The notes under the pieces are model-generated. The model was given only the letters and a program-made list of their open reading frames with translations, searched no databases and was not told the DNA's origin. Of a stretch of DNA of 64,000 nucleotides, positions 50,990-64,000 are shown in pieces. Numbering within the stretch: the first letter of the stretch is position 1; the number at the start of each line of letters is the position of its first letter. The stretch is from Tubiluchus corallicola (Eukaryota > Animalia > Priapulida): assembly GCA_030141605.1 (NCBI GenBank), contig JAQGDQ010000025.1, forward strand, positions 416,907 to 480,906, given 5' to 3'. The position numbers were made by a program, and so were the translations under genes.

Positions 50990-51400
50990 TACTTACAGGT
51001 GCCTGTTAAAAGATAAATGATTAGTGAAATTTTAAAAGAACGTTTTATAAAAAGTTTGCTACTCTGAGCATAGACCAAGGGAGCACTGCCGACGGACCCA
51101 GGGAATTGATTCCAGATTTTAATTATTCTGTTCGAGAAAAGGTTTTTAAAACAATCAAGTCGACAGTGAGCGGGCTGTAACTTCAAGCGGTGACCCCCTG
51201 GTTTAAACATGCTTTTCTACAAATACATCTCTATTTATAGCACTGTCTCCATGTAATATAGAATAACATATTGTCAGATTACAGCGTATCGGACGATGTT
51301 CAAGTGATACAAGATTTAGAAAGGCTAATTTGTTAGGGTGTGATATGCTACCAAGATTGCGCCTAGCAAATAGCTTGCGAGTGAAGTACGGTCGGTAAAT
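50990..51400 (-). mobile_element. Decayed CR1/L2-type LINE ORF2 C-terminal fragment
   Basis: GGHRLKL...CRLDCFKNLFSNRIIKIWNQFP matches the RGHxxKL...FSxRVxxxWNxLP motif of CR1-like ORF2 ends; upstream LEHRPIRCNLTICYSILHG. Confidence 0.75.
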
Positions 51401-51789
51401 ATTTTAATGATTTCTTTTACCACAAGAAACCTGAGTCATATTCTTGTACGTAGATCTTGCTATTAACAACGTACATAACAACCTCGGGGGTCACGTTTGG
51501 TTTGGAGGCAGTTTGGAACTACTGAAATCACGTGTATTGTTCGAAAAAGATATGATTTAGGCCTATACTAAAAACACTTTTCTGATTTTATTTTCTCAAT
51601 TTTGTTAACTGGATGCCGGAGCAGTTCAGACCACGCTCACTTAAGTCGTGTATTAGATGTACAACGCTAAATGATAGCCTAATTACATCTGTACTGAAAA
51701 CAAATCAAAACAGAAAAATGTTTCAAAGTTTCACGACTAGAATGAGAGAAAGGGTTTGAGAAATGAACTGAGAAAAAAGAGAAAGGGGG

Positions 51790-51960
<171 letters not shown>

Positions 51961-52291
51961 CTTATTATTATTATACTATCTAGGCCCTGTCTTTGCAGGG
52001 ACAAGAATTCTACTAATATACACATCTACATATTTAAATATTGCACCTGCATAGTTGATACATAGTCTTAAAAAAATAAAATTAAAAATTAATCACCTAA
52101 ACTTACAATCGAATGAGTAATAAGGAACAATACAGAAAGTCTGACGTATACGTAAAACTTCATTCACTACATTCAATAACTATAATTAAACAGTGGCAGC
52201 TGAACTTCCAATCTAATTTATAACGTCTTTAGTCTTGTAATCAAATCTTTAACAACGTTTAAAAGTACACATCAAGTATTATTGTCTCTAT

Positions 52292-52598
<307 letters not shown>

Positions 52599-53060
52599 CA
52601 CAAAAAGCTGAAAAAACCTATAGCTGAAATGATCCCGCAAGTTTAGTGAGCAGCGATGGTGAAGTCAAGGTGAATGAAGCTCGTCGTTTTTCCTAGTTAC
52701 AGTAAAGCAGTTGGCGGCAACACCAATTTCACAGTTACCTATAGTAATCAACTTAAGCAAGATCAAATGCAATTAACTATAACATCAGTATTCCATTTAG
52801 ACAATAGCCATAATAATGGCGTACATACAGCTGCAGCCGGTGCGCAATAATGATTTTTATTTTGCGTAAACTTTAAGAGTGTGATATTTTAAAGGAGCTT
52901 GCTATTATGCCCGCTAAACCATTCTGCCTACAAAGAATTAAGCATTTTAATTTCATCTTCTAGCGAACAATGCCTACATCGTGAAAAATATTCGTCTGCA
53001 AAGCTGCACACAGTTAATCACATCGCTTTATAGTTACACTATCTGAGCACCGTTGTCGGA

Positions 53061-53073
53061 CAAGCAGCAACAG

Positions 53074-53105
<32 letters not shown>

Positions 53106-53112
53106 GCAGCAG
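53061..53112. repeat. (CAG/CAA)n triplet repeat
   Basis: Direct reading; not in a supported ORF. Confidence 0.9.
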
Positions 53113-54049
53113 TTGGAATAGAAATTCCAATGGATTTTACTGAATACAACTAAACAAACTTTTCTATAGCACTGCTGTATTTTTTTTCAACTAGTTAGAA
53201 ACTCCATCTCGGAGAATAATCTTTGATAACGACCTAAATTTTTGTCCGTCACGATATTTACACTGAGCTTGGATCTGGATCAATCCGGGGAACGTTCTCT
53301 GTAACCAAACTGCAGAAAAGAACAGAATTCATCCATCTAGGCAACAACGCTCAGTTTTTTCCAAATAATCCCACTTTCCAAGAAAGAACTTGTTTAACTA
53401 TCATTTTAAAACAGGAATTTTAGAAAGGAACCGAGGATACAAAAATCTCAATCTGCTAAATCTGAATACTGTAAAAGTACAATTAAAACACAACTTATAC
53501 AAATGTATAAACAAAGTGATATTTGATAAATATAATTTATATGCATACATATATTTAAACACTTGATTAATTGCTTTATATTTTTCAGCGTATGTTTTAT
53601 AATAACTCAGTCTCAATCCTTTTAATCGCAAACTACGTTTGTTTTATACTGTTAATAAAGTAATAATTCTTTAGCTCCATATTACAAGATCTGATTCGTT
53701 TTAATCTGCATTTAACATACTGCCCTAGCAATTTCTCAGTAAGACCTCACCAGTCATCATATGACCATATGTAACACAATACACATCATCTGCGCCTGAT
53801 GTTTTATCAAAAGCTACGCAAATTGACAATTTGAAGTCTTTTTTATGATCATTTGTTCATTCAGGCAGTCGACATACTGACTATTGTTCAGCTTTCATAA
53901 TGAACGAGTTCTGTTTGGACGGAGTCATCGATGTTATCATGTGTGATGTGATCTAAGTAATTTTACAACTCAAGACAGCAATACATCAAAACTGTCGTGT
54001 TTATAGAACTGTAGTGAACATTCACTGACAGAATCGCCGAGATTTGTTT

Positions 54050-54067
54050 GAGAGAAGAGAGAGAGAA

Positions 54068-54129
<62 letters not shown>

Positions 54130-54153
54130 GGAGGAAGAGAGGGAAAGAGAGAG

Positions 54154-54250
<97 letters not shown>
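54050..54250. repeat. (GA)n followed by (ATT)n microsatellite
   Basis: Direct reading. Confidence 0.97.
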
Positions 54251-54252
<2 letters not shown>

Positions 54253-54802
54253 CTTTTATTCAAGTAATATAGTATACAAGTAATAATACGGTTATACAGA
54301 TACAGCAATGTACATACACACAAAGTTCAAATTTTCACCTAGCCCTCCATTTGCTATTTGCAGGTGAGAGACAGAGAGAGAGAGAAGATGCAGCTGTAAC
54401 GATTTGCATTTCCTGAGTGCAAGGGTTGAAGTAATAATTGCATTGCTAATATTTATTTCGATTAATGCAGCTGTAGATATGGCGTCTATAAAATTTGTAC
54501 TGTAAACGTTGTGCCCCGAAATATTGTAAAAGTAAATGTTTCAGCTGTACATATTTGTCAATGATATTGTAATAGCGTGACACGGGAAATGTAACTTTAA
54601 GCACACAGTAAGTATTAATGAAGTTTTGAAGCATTAGAATTAGAATTTGAACAGAACAGGAGATCAAGTGCAATATAAAGGACTACTTGGAATAAGTTTG
54701 CAGAATCTGATCAGCTGGGCGCGTTAATTAAAGCAATTAATAAATTGGATACATTAACAAACTGGGTATATACATAACACATGCGTATGCCTGCATGCGT
54801 GC

Positions 54803-54804
<2 letters not shown>

Positions 54805-54872
<68 letters not shown>
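54805..54872. repeat. (GA)n microsatellite
   Basis: Direct reading. Confidence 0.97.
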
Positions 54873-54874
<2 letters not shown>

Positions 54875-56440
54875 AAAAAGCCTCTAATAAAGAAATGTTG
54901 AGGACAAATGTTATTTAAAAGTCACTGAGGGCAATTTAGCAAATACAACAAAATTATAATTACAAATTTACAATCATTGCAATTTGCAGGTTCAACAGTA
55001 GAAACATCCATTATCTTCTAAATAATTTGTAACGTGTCAGCAAACAGCATCCCTGGATTATATAAGATGCTCAAAGAGCACTGGATGCTAAAATCATTCT
55101 CTTATTACTCTGAAGAAACAGGTCAAAAGCTCTTATTTCTGTGGGGTGCCAATTCATCATCATCATCATCTTCTTCTTCATCAAAAGCTCACTATGTCTA
55201 TTGTAGACCCTTGGCAGGCAGAATTCTAACATAAAGAAATCTGCTTTCAAAACGGGTAAACACAGCTCAATTAATCCCACCGAAAAACCCAAGACAGTAC
55301 TATTCCGGTGACTTGTCAGCACCACTTCCGTAACTCGGAATTAACCGAGTGATAAGCAGCAATTAATTATCCTGCTGTCTGCTAACTGCCCCAACTGTCA
55401 AATACTGCAAACGGGAAGTCAAAGAGACAATGCCAAACTTATACAAAAATGAGAACTTATTAACATACCTTTCCACACTGAGACTTAGTGACAAGCTTGA
55501 CCTTTATGACCTCAAAGTCTCACACTGTCCAAAAGTTACTATAGTTTATGATCTAAACGGTTAAGAGAATAAAAGTACTCATCAAAAGTACTTATTATTA
55601 ATCTTAAGCCTAATTTATGCCAATGTTCAGCCTAAAAAGACATGATAACTATTAAAACAGTTTGTACTGTATAGATACAACACCTTACACAAGAATTAAC
55701 ACTGTAAGTGATGAGTAACAATTGATTCAAGACTGTAGCAAAAAGCAACTGACTGCCGTTAATGCAAGAGTTAACACAGATGATGATCAACTAAATGACA
55801 TAGTAGTTGATTGCACATAACTGCACAATGGTTGAATTAGCACAGTACTTGACACCTTGGAATTACCTTCGTGGATTGTAGCACAGAGTTTAAACACACT
55901 AATGCCTAGCAACGCTGGCCAACTTTGACACTTGCTACCTTTTAAAGCTCTTGACTTTAATAAAACACTTCAGGAAACACATCAGGAAGGAAACCAGTAT
56001 TTTAACTGCAGGATCTCCGAAGCCTAGGGCCACACACACGCGCGCCGTAATTACCGTTCATATTATACCAAACAAATGCGGTGCTCGCTTTCTATGAGAT
56101 GACAAGCTCAAATGACTTAAGGCACAATCTCACCAATGCGAAATGGCTCGCGTGCCACGATTTCACTACAGCCACGTCAAGTTACTAGCCAGGAGGAAAA
56201 GTGAGAGAAAGGTAGCTTTCTCCTGGTTATAATCGTATTATCCGTCGCAAAATAAATCAATTAGGAAATGCATAAAACGCCCAACATATTCCGTTGATAC
56301 AGGTTAAAGCACGGCAGCGCATGTGACAGTGCGACAATTAGCGAGGCGGTATGCGTTTTATTGCGCACGTATATACCTTGCGAAAACGAAATTTTTAATC
56401 ACGTAGAACTACGTTAACGTAAACACGTAACTGAACGTAT

Positions 56441-56679
56441 TAGCATGACACTTTACACTCACTTACAACACTAGACTTCTCCACGGGAAAGATTTCTAGA
56501 TCTCATTCCAATCACCACGTAATAGCATTGCACTTTACACTCACAACACTAGACCTATCCATGGAAAAGATTTCTAAATTCCATTCCAATCACCACGTAA
56601 TAGCATTACACTTTACAATCACCTACAACACTAGACTTGTCCATGGGAAAGATTTCTAAATCCCACCCCAATCACCACC
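56441..56679. repeat. Tandem repeat of about 80 bp, 3 copies
   Basis: TAGCAT..CACTTTACA...CAACACTAGAC...AAAGATTTCTA...CCAATCACCAC starting at 56441, 56523 and 56601. Confidence 0.93.
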
Positions 56680-59600
56680 AAACCTTTCATGGATAGTCAC
56701 ACACTTGAAACAAAAAAACGGACAATTATAACTAATAACTTCGGTACTCCGACAAATGTTAATTCATCCAACGGCACCTAACTGAAAATAACAAGGTGAA
56801 ATTTCGTCTTACGTGTGTATTAGGCATTGATGTCACTGTTTATTCATAATACCTAACTGAATCTAGAGCAATTCTTGCTTTTCTATTCCTTTAAGTACTG
56901 GACGTCAAGAAATGACAGTGTTTGTTAATTTTCTCTTCTTATTTAGTCTGTTTTTATAATTCTTACCATTTGTTATAGTCAAACAAAAATCAACAAACTC
57001 TTAAGTGATTGTATCGTTCCCATTGAGAAACTAAATAGTACTCCTGTCGTCGGCTATACTAACTATTACATACACGTTTTTACTGACAATCAAACGCTTT
57101 TTACTGATGATTTTGTCAGTTTTTATGACAATTTTTATCTATTTTTTTCTTCGATTTGTTCGAATTGTTTCGCCGGGGGGAGGGGGAGGTGGGAGAAGAC
57201 CTTTCGTTTCTTCGCAGCACTTTACTAACAATGGTCATTACGTAACAGTGAAGTTCCCACTCAGTTTTTAAGATGAAATCAAACGGAGCAGTGCTTTTTT
57301 TCTATTGAAATGAATAACTGATTCAACGTTTGCCAACTATCAGCTATAGCCACTTCCTGACTCTGGACTCATTGTTAATTAGTTACAATCTTCATGGTGA
57401 TCGTGAAGGCAGTGATGACGATGATGATGATGATTACGATGCCAGTTGATACTGATGATGGTAGTACTGGAAACGTGTTTGATGACAGTGATGACGTCAC
57501 AGGTGATTCACGTAATTGTAGGTTGTATAAAACGTGTTAACAATAATTTTAAAAAAGACTATAATTCATGATTGTAAACGACAGCAGTTAATCTTAACCA
57601 TAATGTACGCAAATTTATATTAGACACAATATTAAATAGACGGACTAACTAGCAATGAGAAAAGAACACTTTTTAATCAGCCCAATGTAATTAACTTCTT
57701 GGTGCTATTACACTCCATTAAAAAATGTAAACGTACTTTTCCTGAAACAAGCTATACCTACTTGCCAGTCTGTCACCTTAGCTAGTCCGTATAATGTATA
57801 TTCAAGAATCTTATTGTGGAAACATTTTCCCTTAAGACAAGTTTCATCACCTATTCTCTCTCTACAAGAAGAAACAGAAGCAAGAGCAGAAAAACCTACA
57901 TCCATTGCCCATAATTGTACAGAACTGAAAGATACTGACATTTCGTCAGGGTTTGTAAAACTCTGTAAACTGTTTTAACGTTTGGTATTTCGTTCATGAG
58001 TAGAATTTGGGAAATTATAGTTTTGTCAAACAAAATGTAGTGTTTTACATTTCTTGGCACTTGAGTATGATGCGTATGCTGTGTTCTTTGAGAGAGAGCA
58101 CAAGTTTGTTTTAAATTACGTGTGTTATCTGCATGTTAAAATGTAAACCGTTGACCTTGCTTGTGCTTTCTTGTACTTTTAGTACTGTTACTGATTGATA
58201 AGTAATTTTATTACTTTACTGAATGTTGAACCGGACTTAAAAAACAAATAGTATATGACTAACTAAAATTAGCTACAATCCATGCAGGAGTTTATTAGCG
58301 AGTTTATTATTGAGTGAAAATCATGAAAATTCGGCCAATCGGTCGTTTAGAACCGAATTGGTCGTATGTCGATGACAGATTTTAACTTAGCCCATACTGT
58401 TGAAATGCCCGCCCAACACTTGACAATGCGTAACATAATGTACTCGTTCCCTGTTACTTTCTTTACTGTGCGGAATGCAGCACTGTGGTATTTTGAATGC
58501 AAAACATGTTTCAACTTGAGAAAAAAGGACACAACAATTAAAACCTACTACGAAATCAATTTCACAAAACCATGCTAGTTACTACAACAACTCGTCTCTT
58601 GATATTTTCTAGATAAATACCTTAAAAATACATCTCTTATCTTATTCAAAGAATAGAGAAGAGCATTACAGCACTTAACGCAAGTGATTCAACTCAAGCG
58701 AGTATCAGAGAAAGAGAAAGGCCCACGCAGTTATCAGAAACTTGTAAACGCAATTAAAAAACGCATAAAGAGCGCACCGGCACGTGAGAACAAGTTAACA
58801 AGAAAAGGAAAAGCGACACAGGGCTGCGCTTTCACACGGATTAAATCAATAGCCACAATATTGCCTCGTATTTAAAAGCATGTCATAAAGGGACCATTTC
58901 TAATAGCTCTTTTAATTAATGAACGCATTGCCAAGCTAAAATCAATGTTTGGCGGTGTTGCTTTAATCTACATTGAAAAAAGTTTAATTTAATTTTTCCC
59001 AGTTATTAAGCTCAGGCAAGCCACATGGACTCACAATTTTTCCGTTTCATGTATGGGTATCTTCTACTTATTATTGTCACTTTGCTTTAATTTGCACTGT
59101 TTTTGTAGTAGTCCCTTATTATTTTATTTCACTTTTTAACTGCCTTGCCACTCGTGTATTGTACTTTGAGGATCACGAAATATGTAAATGAATTAGCACT
59201 CAATACTATACGCTACATTTGGACGGAAACAGCTCTACAAGTGTACTGAACTAATCACAGGTGACAAACATACTGACTATTTATCGTGCAAATTTACAAT
59301 TGCAATAGAAGGCAACGTAAAGATACTAAGATACAAACTATAAAACCACACGGTATAAGCCTATACAAAAAATGCCACCTAGTACATACTAGTACATAGG
59401 AGAAAAACTGCTACACACACACAGCATAAAATGTAGCGTATTCAAGCAACGTTTAAGAAACGGAAAAAGTAACAATAATAATAAAGTTCTAGCAATAAGT
59501 TGTTGCAACGTTCAAATGTCAATACCCCTTAGCTAAACACTTTTCATCTGGGTTACAGTTTGTCCAGAAGACAGATTTGCCAAATGTCAATCGCGTTGCA

Positions 59601-62600
59601 CGTTGACACATTACATAAGTATTCTTTTCAGTGACATATAACTTACAAATTCACAAAAGTCATCATTTAATAGCCTGTATAATTTTTACTCATATCGTTA
59701 TATACATCTCATAATTAAAATAACAATTAATATTACAATACTCATCTGGTTATTTGTTTATGTTTCTCACACTTTATTATTAATCTCCATGCCACTTAAG
59801 CAAACATTGTCTCTGTTATTCACTGATTAATGACATTCACTGATTAATTATAGTCATTAATTACAGCTTAATCAGTGAATGAAGGTGCTGTAATCAAGCG
59901 TGAATACCAATGACAAGTTGAGGAGTGAAAGCAATAAATGAACTTGAATAAACTAGTTTAGACTACTAACTGGGCGGGCATATAATTTAATGAACTAGGA
60001 GAGAGTTAAAAGTGCCATAACCACCAACGCCCTGACATCACAATGGGATTGTGCCCTCACATTTTCTAGTTTAAATCCAGGTTTCTTCATAACTTTTTTC
60101 TCACCTGGTTTTTAAATTCAACTATAGCCATATTACATTATGCAAACAAGAGTCAATTGGTCAGTCATTCACTCAATCAGTCAGTTGGTCAGTCAGATCA
60201 ATCAACACTCAGTCACTTACTCGCTCACATAAAGACGATCACATAAATATAAAAAAAGAAAAAACGGGAAAACTTTTGTAATAAAAAATTCTCAGCTCAG
60301 TTAAAACTAATAATTGTGTAATAACGGCTTTCATCCCGTGCTGTGCAGTATATTCTGCCACAAGCACTTGCATTCTAGTGCTAATGCACTAGACGGTTGA
60401 GGAGGCATCAGGTGCATTAGATATTCCTTACAAGTCGTTTTAATCATTTGTCCTGTAAAATCAGCAATATAGAGGTCTTACAATAGCTCTCCTGCTGATA
60501 GTATATGAAGCTAGGGAGATACTGGCAAGGCAGCTCAACTAGTACGCTATTAAGTCACTCAGACATTTTCAAGAAACTCAACAGGCTACAACTTTCAAGA
60601 TATTCCTTGCAACTTTCAACATACACAAAATCTAAACCTTCATTATAATGCACAAATACAAAGTGCAGTTATAGAAGTAAGCAAGAAATCACAAACTTTA
60701 ACTACCAGTGTGTTTGTACAACTCTAATCACTTCATCACATAATATCGTAGCGGGTTTAGTAGTTTGTACAGTTTTGGGAGTTAAGGGACACTGTACTCT
60801 GGTAAGTATGTGAATGTGGAAGCTAATGGCGACAATTGTGTGGCGTCTGTTATGTTAGCACTGCATTCAGTACTTCATAACTTTGTCTAAGACAACACAT
60901 GACCCGTAGAAGTTCTGAAAATCCCTCTATACGTTTTGCTTATTTTAGCTTGGCTTAATCACTCGTTTCTGAGATATGTTAGTTGGTGGACATAATTTTA
61001 TGAGGAACACATCACGCTGCTCTATGGCCTCGATATTTAATCTTGAGACTTCGAGGGTTGAGGGACTTAAGCTTGTGTCAAAGCCAGTCACTAACTGGCA
61101 AATTTAATTATTATTATTATTAACATCATGTTATTTCTAACATACATTAATACATGAATCATTAAATTTCGAAATATACTGAGGACACACGGACAATCAT
61201 ATGCAGGTGACTATGTCGATATAACTGAAGTAAGAGCATACTTAGCGAGGTACATTATTTTATTGACCTACACAGTTTAAAAATTTCAGTGCATTAATTT
61301 TGTCATTAGAATACACCATAAAGCAAAGTATCATTGCTTACCTAGTATAGTCTAGGTGGAAACCAATGGTTTCAAATCGTTTCTGTCATCTAATGCTCAG
61401 ACTGATAACTTCCGTTATAAAAAACCGAAACGATTAAAAAGTTCCAGTGTGTCAGATATTGTAGAGAAATGTCTGCTGGCTTCTTTCTATAGCCCAACTT
61501 CCAACCTAAATAATAAATATAATAATCAGAAAACGCCAACAGCTAGAGAAAATAATATACTGCCTGTCAAAGTTAAATTTTACACGTAAGTGATCAATTT
61601 AAAAACAAAATTTCTAGACGAAAACTTTGGAAAATTTACTGGAATCATGCTGGCACAGCACAATGTAATAACTACAGTAGAAAATTAGGTAACCAAGACA
61701 CACATACACCATTTCATTTTGCTATTTTGATCAAAAACTCCAAATAAAAATTATTCAGAACAAATTGGAATGAGGCAGCAGTTACATCACAACAGTTAGT
61801 TTTTAAAGATATTCTGGTTACGTTTGAGCCAAGATACAAATTTGTATAAAAAAAAACACGTACGCACAATTTATTTATCAACTACACTACATATTTACCA
61901 AACAAAAAATATTTATCGAACAAAAAAAATTGACCTAAAACAGGTTATTTATTTGTTAATAATACAATAGCAGACAATTGCCATAGTTTTATCACATTTT
62001 CGCATCATTACCGCAAGAAACGCAGTCAAAGGCGTCAGTACCGTAAAAGTGCAAACAACACGTCATTACTGCTGCGCCATTCGTTACCATTTCAACTTCA
62101 GAAAGCAAAATGCTTCTTCCTTACCATATCGCAAAGAAACGGCAGTAGCAATTTCAGCTGACAACACGGCCACAGCGATTAACACCGTCACCTGCCGTAT
62201 AGTTAAGAACTACAGTTCAGTGACGGTAATTATGTAAAATGCGACTCGGCTCAATTCCCAACGACTCTGCTACCATAGAAACCCCGCCAATGTTCTAAGC
62301 TCATGAGAGAAGCATGCTACAAACTCTACATCGATAAATCACACGTAGAGAGCACACCTTAATACTGTTTTTCTCCAAGCAAGCATCACATGACAAGCAC
62401 ACGGATAAACAACTACGCGCATCAAGGCTCGTCAAACGTAGGGAGAAATAATAAAGATGTTGTTTACTCAGCGAAACTAATTGCTCTGTCATTAGTAAAC
62501 AAATCAATACTTGTTCAAACATGAGCAGCAGGACTGAAAACAAGCAATTAGTATAATAGGCAGTAACCAAGTCTCTATGAGGTAAACCTATTAAAATGCA

Positions 62601-64000
62601 TTATAATGCTTCAGTGCTTATAGATTGAGACAGGGTTTGTAAAAAAAATAATGGCACTGAAACACCACTATTGGTAGACTAATTTGCCAATACAAGTTTA
62701 TTTTGAGAAACAAACAATTAAACAAATGAAAAGCAATTTATTTATTTTCTAGCTTTCCTGGTTTATCCTAATTTACAGCTGGTTAAACGGGAAACTTATT
62801 CACTAACAATATGCCAATGAAAAGTAGTTAAAGTGTAATATGCACAATAACATTTATTACAAATTCCCCTTAAGCCCCAATCATACTTATATAAAAAAAT
62901 AAGTGTGGATAGATAAATAAATTTCTATCAATAATTGATAAGCTTGACAATTAAGATTATGAACAAATAAAAATAAGCATAATCAATAAACATGGACTTA
63001 TCAATGGCTGTTACAATCTGTACCCTTTTCCTTTAAATTAAACATTGTACTAAAATTCATACGTTTTTCTGTAATTCTGTACATGCTCTTTAAATATGAA
63101 TTTAATGTTTCTGATAATGTTATTAAAGCGACATTAGCTTTGTCAGTTAGTTCAGTAGCACTTTTGGTAGATGGCAACACCAACTTAAAACAGAAGTGTG
63201 TTTTAAATTGTAATTCTGAATTTAAGGCAAAACTTAGTTTCCTACAGAAGGCTTGAAAGCGAGAAAATAAATGTGTGACAGTTAAAACAATACGCATTTT
63301 GACAACTTTGTTCTTTGCAGTAATAGGCTACATGGTGGCAGCATTCTAAGCACTGCAAACTGATAATGAACGTCACACAACGAAATAAATTTTATCATTA
63401 CTAAATATTTAATTAGCAATTTTAATTTGAATTTCTAAATACTTTCCCCCATCATAACATGACAGGGCAGCTTCACACTGCCACTTGAATTCTACAGTTT
63501 ATTGCAAATAAATAGTACAAACGAGAAATGAGGCATTATAGTCTTAACAGGTTATCTAAGCAGCAATTAATCAACCAATGAGACAAATCAATTAACCAAT
63601 CACCAACCAACTAGACAATAAACCAATAAACTGGCTGGCTAACTAACTAACCAACTAGCACTAACCCACTGACCAACAGGCTAACTAACTAACCAACTAA
63701 TAAACCAATCAACTTGTCAGGCCTGCTAGCCAAGTTATGATCTACAACCCCTCAGGACTGGGTCATTCAGTTACAACCAGCTACTTTCCACAAGTTATTT
63801 GGCTGAGGCGTATGCAGAGACGAGATGGCTTATACTGCAAGACTTGGGCAAAAACTTCTTTCCTCAAAACAGTTTTAGGCCATTAAACAAGCCTGGTTAG
63901 AAGGTCTCTGTTCAGAAACAGCACAACTGAATTAACTCTTGCGATAGTGTGGCTCGAACTTGCAGCCTCCGAATACACTACCAAAGAATTATTACACACA

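Noticed and set aside
57000-64000. Second protein-coding gene upstream of RasGRF
   Set aside because: Short ORFs show no recognisable domains or consistent exon chains

Overview
AT-rich animal (non-vertebrate-looking) genomic DNA, not prokaryotic. The window is dominated by one minus-strand spliced gene, an orthologue of vertebrate RASGRF1/2 (Ras-specific guanine nucleotide-releasing factor). I traced 20 coding exons by hand from the ATG at 44796 down to 3993. All have GT-AG boundaries and consistent phases, totalling 3206 nt (about 1068 codons): PH1, coiled coil, IQ, DH (RhoGEF), PH2, start of the REM domain, then a long Ser/Pro-rich insert. The CDC25 catalytic domain is not in the window, so the gene continues left of base 1. 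A candidate non-coding first exon and promoter lies at about 47300-47505. Introns and upstream DNA carry MITEs (hAT-, Kolobok-, Harbinger- and pogo-like), decayed LINE fragments, a tRNA-derived SINE, minisatellites and long microsatellites. I see no evidence of a wholly new biological system. The best leads are regulatory: a candidate poison exon inside the DH domain, a NAGNAG acceptor, RFX X-boxes, a Pax6/Pbx-Hox motif cluster, a perfect DR3 element and a long intronic inverted repeat. All family assignments come from motif recognition, not database searches.
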